Below, piece after piece: positions 37,490-43,466 of a stretch of DNA of 43,466 bases (the stretch's first letter is position 1; each line of letters begins with the position of its first letter). Under the pieces are notes generated by a model. The model made no database searches. It was not told the origin of the DNA and was given only the letters and a program-made list of their open reading frames with translations. This stretch comes from Bdellovibrionota bacterium. GTDB lineage: Bacteria; Bdellovibrionota_C; UBA2361; JBIKUX01. The translations under genes and the position numbers were made by a program. The stretch spans positions 1 to 43,466 of the forward strand of contig JBIKUX010000022.1 of the NCBI GenBank assembly GCA_044347345.1, given 5' to 3'.

Positions 37490-39493
37490 TTGCAAGATAG
37501 AGCCGTAGTCCCATTTAAACTTGAGGCACCCTTTAAACCTCAAGGAGATCAGCCAAATGCCATACCAGCGCTAATTAACGGCCTAGAACAGGGACTAAAA
37601 TATCAAACTCTCAGAGGAATTACTGGTTCAGGAAAAACATTTACGGTTGCAAATGTACTTGCTAATCAGGGGCGACCTGCGCTTGTGATGGCACCAAACA
37701 AAACATTAGCCGCTCAACTTTACAACGAATTTAAAGAATTCTTTCCTAATAATCGAGTAAGATATTTCGTAAGTTATTACGATTACTATCAACCAGAAGC
37801 CTATATACCATCAACTGATACTTATATTGAAAAAGACTCCGCTATAAATGAAGAGATAGACAAGATGCGCCATGCTGCTACTAAAGCGCTTCTTGAATCA
37901 ACAGATACGATAATTGTAGCCAGCGTAAGCTGTATCTATGGCTTGGGAGCACCTGAAGATTATTTTAACCACATGCTTTATGTGGAAACCGGCATGGATA
38001 TACCGCGAGATGAGGTGATAAGAAAACTTGTATACATGCAATATACAAGAGTCGATGTGGAATTTAAGCGCGGTACCTTTAGGGTACGTGGAGAAGCTAT
38101 AGATATTTTCCCCTCCGATCAGGATTCTGTAGCTATACGGTTACTTTTTTTTGGTGATGAATTAGAGGAAATAACTGAGATAGATGGAATAACTGGACGC
38201 GCGCTTCGACTAATCCCTTACGCTGCAGTATATCCGGTAAGCCACTTTGTCACCGGCAAAGATTCAATTGAGCGAGCTACTGAATTAATTAAACTTGAGC
38301 TTAGCACAAGACTTAAAGAACTTGAGCGCGATGGTAAAATCCTAGAGGCTCAGCGTCTTGAACAGCGAACACTTTATGATATCGAGCTAATGCTTGAAAT
38401 AGGCTTTTGCCCTGGTATTGAAAATTATTCCCGACATTTAGCCGGACGTGCTCCTGGAACCCCACCAACAACTTTAATAGATTACTTCCCCCCAAATTTT
38501 ATTCTTATAATTGATGAGAGTCATGTAACTATACCTCAAATAAATGGAATGTATCGAGGAGATCAAGCTAGAAAACAAAGTCTTATAGATTATGGTTTTA
38601 GGCTTCCATCAGCACTCGACAATAGACCTTTAAGTGGGACAGAATTCTGGACTAGAGTTGGACAAACTATATTTGTATCAGCGACACCAGCCAAATTTGA
38701 ATTAGAGTTAAGCAAAGATAAAATCGTTGAACAAATCAATCGACCAACTGGACTTCTTGATCCTTTAGTTGAAATTCGTCCTGCTACTAATCAAGTAGAT
38801 GATCTAATTCAAGAAATTCAAAATGTAGTAGAACAAGGTCATCGAGTACTCGTTACTACACTTACTAAAAGAATGGCAGAAGATTTATCAGCTTATCTGC
38901 GCGAAATAGGCATAAGAGCCAGATATTTACATTCAGATATTACTACTGTAGAGCGTGTGGAAATTCTTCGTGGTCTCCGAAAAGGTGATTTTGATGTAGT
39001 AATAGGTATAAATCTATTAAGAGAGGGTCTTGATCTCGTTGAAGTGGCTTTAGTTGCCATACTCGATGCTGACAAAGAAGGTTTTTTGCGATCCGCTACA
39101 TCGTTAATTCAAACGATTGGAAGAGCTGCACGCAATCTACATGGTCGGGCAATTTTATATGCTGACAAAATCACTGACTCTATTCGCTCTGCTCTCGATG
39201 AGACTAATCGTAGGCGGAGCATACAAGAGTTATTTAACAATGCAAATGGGATTATTCCAAGATCCGCGACACGAGAAATTGAAGCATCTCTCATTCCAGA
39301 TGTCGGAAAATCTGACGAAGAAAACACTGTACTTAGTTCAAAAGACTTGCCCACAGATCCCAAAGAACAGCTACGAATGATTGATTCTTTAAAGAGCGAA
39401 ATGTTTGATGCTGCTGCTAAACGTGAATTTGAACGAGCTGCATCAATTCGCGATCAGATTCGTACTTTAACTGCTCTACAACTTGCAGGCTAA
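37490..39493 (+). CDS. uvrB: Excinuclease ABC subunit B
   Basis: [36 protein letters not shown]-terminal UVR domain. Confidence 0.98.
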   Translation: MQDRAVVPFKLEAPFKPQGDQPNAIPALINGLEQGLKYQTLRGITGSGKTFTVANVLANQGRPALVMAPNKTLAAQLYNEFKEFFPNNRVRYFVSYYDYYQPEAYIPSTDTYIEKDSAINEEIDKMRHAATKALLESTDTIIVASVSCIYGLGAPEDYFNHMLYVETGMDIPRDEVIRKLVYMQYTRVDVEFKRGTFRVRGEAIDIFPSDQDSVAIRLLFFGDELEEITEIDGITGRALRLIPYAAVYPVSHFVTGKDSIERATELIKLELSTRLKELERDGKILEAQRLEQRTLYDIELMLEIGFCPGIENYSRHLAGRAPGTPPTTLIDYFPPNFILIIDESHVTIPQINGMYRGDQARKQSLIDYGFRLPSALDNRPLSGTEFWTRVGQTIFVSATPAKFELELSKDKIVEQINRPTGLLDPLVEIRPATNQVDDLIQEIQNVVEQGHRVLVTTLTKRMAEDLSAYLREIGIRARYLHSDITTVERVEILRGLRKGDFDVVIGINLLREGLDLVEVALVAILDADKEGFLRSATSLIQTIGRAARNLHGRAILYADKITDSIRSALDETNRRRSIQELFNNANGIIPRSATREIEASLIPDVGKSDEENTVLSSKDLPTDPKEQLRMIDSLKSEMFDAAAKREFERAASIRDQIRTLTALQLAG

Positions 39494-39550
39494 TTTCTTT
39501 TCATTCGTAACATAATATGACGTTACAATAACTTCAGATATTATGATTCT

Positions 39551-41395
39551 ATGAATAATACTGTTTCCCATCTTCGTTCAATAACAGCACGATTCCCTAA
39601 TTTACCTGGCGTTTATTTAATGAAGGACAAGAAAGGCTCTATGCTCTATATAGGTAAAGCTAGAGATTTAAAAGTACGAGTAAGTTCATACATAAATGGT
39701 GGAGATGGAAGATTTCAAATTTCATTTTTAATGGATCAAGTAGCTACTATTGAGACAATAGTTTGTGAAAATGAAAAACAGGCTTTTCTACTTGAGCGAG
39801 ATTTAATAGGAAAATTTAAACCAAAATTTAATATACGACTCAAAGATGATAAAGCGTTTCTACTTGTTCGCATTGACGAAAAGAGACGATGGCCTCGTTT
39901 AGAATTAGTTCGCAAACAAGATGATGACAACGCAACCTACTACGGACCTTTTACATTTAGTTATGAGCTGAAAAGAATTCTTGAAGTTATTAAGAAGGTA
40001 GTTCCTCTACGTACCTGCACAGATGCGGTATTAAATAATCGACAACGACCTTGCCTGGAATATCAAATTAAACGTTGCATGGCACCGTGCTGCCTACCAG
40101 TATCCGAAACTGAGTATCTTGAATGGGTAAACCAAGCAAAATTGATACTTGATGGCAAAGTTTCCCCGATATTAGATGAATTACATCGTAATATGAACGA
40201 AGCAAGCGATGATTTACGCTTTGAAGCAGCGGCAGCAATCCGTGATCGTATCAAAGCTCTCGAAGAATTCGCTGATGGGCAGAAAATAATGTTTTCTAGA
40301 GGAGAAAATCAGGATGCTTTTGCCCTACATCGTGAAGGTAATTTAGCGTGTCTTACAATCTTGCGAGTAAGAAATGGTCGGATAGCCGACACAAAAAATT
40401 ACCCATTTAGCGATATTGTAGTAAGTGATCACGAAATAATTCGTTCAGGTATTGAACAGTTTTATGATGCTTCAAAAGAAATACCTCAGTCACTGGTACT
40501 TCCCTTTGAAATCCCTGAAATAGATGAGGTTTTAGCTCCTCTAGAAGAATCCCTTAAGGGTAGGATAGATTGGACGATACCTCAGCGAGGTGTGAAGCTG
40601 AGACTCCTTAAATTAGCCGAATTAAACGCTCGACAGTATTTTACATCACGCTTTACAAGTGAGATACGCTATACATCTCTTGCAAATAGGCTTGCTCAAT
40701 TAGTACAACTATCGCAAATACCACGACGTATCGAGGCCGTCGATATTTCAAACTTACAAGGAAGCGACATTGTGGGAGCAATTGCTGTCTTTTTTGATGG
40801 CGAGCCAATTCGTAAAGAGTACAAAAAATATAACATTACACAACAAGGAAAGCCTGATGATTTTTCCGCAATTTTTGAAGTAGTCTTTCGACGTCTAAAA
40901 CGCGGACTAACTACCGGAGAATTACCAGACTTACTAATAATCGATGGTGGATTTGGGCAATTAAGAATGGCTTGTCGTGCTCGTGATGAGCTCGGCATCA
41001 ATCTCGATATTATTGCCTTAGCCAAGATGCGAGATGAAGAAGGGAAAAAAACAAAAGGTTATGCAATTAAACCAGAAAGGCTCTACGTTGAATGGCAAGA
41101 TGAGCCGTTACCATTGGATTCATCGGATGCACTCACGCATCAATTACAAAGAATACGCGATGAAGTACACTCTCTAGTCATTAATTTTCATCGCGACAAA
41201 AGAAACCGACGCCACTTAAGTTCCGTACTTGACTCTGTACCAGGTGTAGGACCTGAAAGACGAAAGCGACTCCTAAAAGAATACGGAGGGCTTCAAAAAA
41301 TCGCTTTAGCTTCTCCATCTGAGGTAGCTAAAGTAGGGCGAATGTCTATATCAATTGCCGAGAGAGTTATAAGCTTACTCCGTAAACCCTACTGA
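39551..41395 (+). CDS. uvrC: Excinuclease ABC subunit C
   Basis: GIY-YIG (GVYLM...YIGKA), Cys cluster, DISN, LIIDGG, C-terminal HhH. Confidence 0.97.
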   Translation: MNNTVSHLRSITARFPNLPGVYLMKDKKGSMLYIGKARDLKVRVSSYINGGDGRFQISFLMDQVATIETIVCENEKQAFLLERDLIGKFKPKFNIRLKDDKAFLLVRIDEKRRWPRLELVRKQDDDNATYYGPFTFSYELKRILEVIKKVVPLRTCTDAVLNNRQRPCLEYQIKRCMAPCCLPVSETEYLEWVNQAKLILDGKVSPILDELHRNMNEASDDLRFEAAAAIRDRIKALEEFADGQKIMFSRGENQDAFALHREGNLACLTILRVRNGRIADTKNYPFSDIVVSDHEIIRSGIEQFYDASKEIPQSLVLPFEIPEIDEVLAPLEESLKGRIDWTIPQRGVKLRLLKLAELNARQYFTSRFTSEIRYTSLANRLAQLVQLSQIPRRIEAVDISNLQGSDIVGAIAVFFDGEPIRKEYKKYNITQQGKPDDFSAIFEVVFRRLKRGLTTGELPDLLIIDGGFGQLRMACRARDELGINLDIIALAKMRDEEGKKTKGYAIKPERLYVEWQDEPLPLDSSDALTHQLQRIRDEVHSLVINFHRDKRNRRHLSSVLDSVPGVGPERRKRLLKEYGGLQKIALASPSEVAKVGRMSISIAERVISLLRKPY

Positions 41396-41487
41396 GTGCG
41401 AAAAAACACAGTTAGTATAAATGCTATCGTAACAAAGTGTAAGGATGGCTACATTAATATTAAAGTTAAAAATATGCAAACAAGCTT

Positions 41488-42738
41488 CTATACTAATGAG
41501 ATTTCTCCTTGCACCCAGCCAAAAGGAATATGACTTTGGGTAATTTCCTTTGTTTTACCGCATACCCACCCTGATCTATTACCACGATGACCTCCTTTCA
41601 TAAACAGAACAGAATTGGCATGACTACCAAAAGCGCCAATTTGCAAAAAAAGTGGTTCAGCTTGAATTGTGTCTATCTTAACCGGTACCTCTCGAGCTAA
41701 TCGATTGAGTGCAAGCTGAACTAATGTAGGTGTAATAGATGTAAACAAAGTCTTTTGATTTTTTACGTGATACGAATGAGCATGATTTGGGTCAAACGTT
41801 ATATAACCAGACAATACTGTTCCAACAGACATAACCTCTACCAAAAGAGACTCACTATCATTAACACTCTTACTGTTTTCAAAAGATGCCCTGGAATCTT
41901 TATTTTTACGACAAGCATATCTAATTTCTGATATACCGTTAGTTTGGATAGGTAAAAAATCGCTAATTAATAGTCCAGCAAAAGGATCTTCCTCAGGGCG
42001 AAGACGTCGTTCCAAACTATGATCTTCTCCTCTAAGCAAAAAACCCTCAAGCAAAGATTGTTCTTCTTGTGGACGATTGCTTACTCTTCCTATCAGATCC
42101 TTAGGGAGAGAAGACCTATCCTCCTCTAACAATAGAGATAACACAGCACTTCTAATCGCCCCTTTGACCGATGAACCAGGTATAAAAGGAATATTATCGG
42201 TGTTTCTGCAAAGAGACCAACAATCTAATAGTTTCGCACTATCTGCAGAGTCAGACTTTTCTCTTGAAGATGTTTTTGCACTACCTTGCTTAGAGGAGTG
42301 TTTTCCTGATGATCTATTTGCTAATACAGCGCTGCGACCCGCATTAAGATTAGCTTTCATCTTGAGCATCAGCTCTGCTCCCCTCGTCTCCTTTGGCTGA
42401 ATAAAAGAACGAAGTGTAGAAAGCATATCATGCTTGACGGGAATACGAATTATCTCAACCTTACTGACTACATGCTTAATGATTGTCTGCTGAAGTAAGG
42501 TAGCTGATGTTACATCATTAATCTTTTGGGAGTACTTAAACGCACAGTCAGATAATTTTTTTTGAATATCTGGGCTTAGGTGCAAGGACAATGCTTGAAG
42601 ATCAAAAATAACAACCTCACCTTTTCCGGTATCAAGAAACCATTCAAATGGAGAATATGGTTGTCCAGTTCCAATGTGAACCGGAGACTTAACGGTGAGT
42701 ATTACTTGAAATTTTTTCACTTCTTTCATACTAATCAA
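41488..42738 (-). CDS. csm5: Type III-A CRISPR RAMP protein Csm5
   Basis: SPVHIGTG, PFIPGSSVKGAIRSA, DPFAGLLISD, LQIGAFG, C-terminal PFGWV; likely start ATG 42729. Confidence 0.85.
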   Translation of the reverse strand: MISMKEVKKFQVILTVKSPVHIGTGQPYSPFEWFLDTGKGEVVIFDLQALSLHLSPDIQKKLSDCAFKYSQKINDVTSATLLQQTIIKHVVSKVEIIRIPVKHDMLSTLRSFIQPKETRGAELMLKMKANLNAGRSAVLANRSSGKHSSKQGSAKTSSREKSDSADSAKLLDCWSLCRNTDNIPFIPGSSVKGAIRSAVLSLLLEEDRSSLPKDLIGRVSNRPQEEQSLLEGFLLRGEDHSLERRLRPEEDPFAGLLISDFLPIQTNGISEIRYACRKNKDSRASFENSKSVNDSESLLVEVMSVGTVLSGYITFDPNHAHSYHVKNQKTLFTSITPTLVQLALNRLAREVPVKIDTIQAEPLFLQIGAFGSHANSVLFMKGGHRGNRSGWVCGKTKEITQSHIPFGWVQGEISLV

Positions 42739-43466
42739 CTTTTAAAAACGAGATTATCAATTATAGATTCCTCTAAAGAAGGTGGAAGTTTTAAAGGATA
42801 CACTGGTGAATAACCTTGATGAACAGTGTTTCTGTTATGAGCTAATGATACATTAGTTAAAGCTCGTCCACAGTAACCCAGCTTCAGTCTTGATTTATCT
42901 TTACCAAGAATCACTGCACCGGACGATGCAAGCCTCAATACAGACTTTTTATACTGGCCTTCATCCATCAGCTCGCTTGAATGCTTACCATGATGTCTTA
43001 CTGGCTCAAATAATACCGTGTGAGCTTCTAACGAAGTAGGTACTGATGGAGCTAATGTGATCCACCATCTTATGTCCTCAGCGCAAGCAACCTCATAATT
43101 GACAATATTTTCGACGATAAACCTTCCAAATCCTCTATTAGCTCCGCCTCCGTATCCGTATTTTCCTACGTTTGTTAAAGCTACTTCAATACCACAACTG
43201 GTGATGGAATTTGGATTAACTAAAACGTCAATAATAAGCCGGTCAGGATAATTGAAAACTGGGGTTAACGATTTACAACCAATATTGCACTGAATTGGAC
43301 TACTAATTATCGCATCACACGAGGGATAAACGATAAAGTCTTTTTTAACTGAAACAGCAAGATTAGAGACAGTGCTACTTGATAAATCATAAGGTCGCTT
43401 AGGAACAATCCTTAGTGGCTCTTCAAAGCAACACTCAGGAGGAGCTGGAACAAAAAGCTCATCAAA
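42735..43466 (-). CDS. csm4: Type III-A CRISPR RAMP protein Csm4 (5'-truncated by window edge)
   Basis: Frame open from 43466 to the stop at 42735; reads ...VGKYGYGGGANRGFGRF...WITLAPSVP...HGKHS...YKKSVL...TVHQGYSPVYPL (Gly-rich loop and Csm4-type C-terminus); the ORF track shows only the last 77 aa. Confidence 0.8.
   Translation of the reverse strand, partial: FDELFVPAPPECCFEEPLRIVPKRPYDLSSSTVSNLAVSVKKDFIVYPSCDAIISSPIQCNIGCKSLTPVFNYPDRLIIDVLVNPNSITSCGIEVALTNVGKYGYGGGANRGFGRFIVENIVNYEVACAEDIRWWITLAPSVPTSLEAHTVLFEPVRHHGKHSSELMDEGQYKKSVLRLASSGAVILGKDKSRLKLGYCGRALTNVSLAHNRNTVHQGYSPVYPLKLPPSLEESIIDNLVFKS

Noticed and set aside
42735-42968. 77-aa ORF as a separate small gene
   Set aside because: It is the C-terminal end of the csm4 frame, which is open to the window edge
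1-43466. Other short ORFs (60-160 aa) nested in or antisense to assigned genes; tRNA, rRNA or SRP RNA genes
   Set aside because: Nested ORFs are shadow frames of well-supported genes; no RNA gene signature was recognised by eye

Overview
AT-rich bacterial chromosome segment with a deltaproteobacteria/Bdellovibrionota-like gene set (taxonomy is my inference). The housekeeping backbone contains ffh, metG, rpsP-trmD-SPOUT methyltransferase, a bamD-like gene, coaD and uvrB-uvrC. It also carries a type II secretion cluster gspC-D-E-F-G-H-I-J-L-M-N with no gspK, a stand-alone 1459-aa PilY1-like vWA/beta-propeller adhesin, a highly divergent flagellin-like gene, and the 3' end of a type III-A CRISPR operon (partial csm4, csm5) running off the right edge. 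No CRISPR array lies in the window. The most unusual region is a visibly GC-richer island at about 5.4-11.9 kb, bracketed by the 5' and 3' remnants of an IS3-family transposase. It encodes a non-canonical cbb3-type oxidase module: a DsbD_2/TauE-like protein, a CcoS-CcoN fusion, CcoO, a degenerate second CcoN-like membrane domain fused to a cytochrome c, and a CcoI-like P1B copper-ATPase membrane scaffold that has lost its actuator and ATP-binding/phosphorylation domains. All family calls come from motif recognition by eye; no database searches were run.
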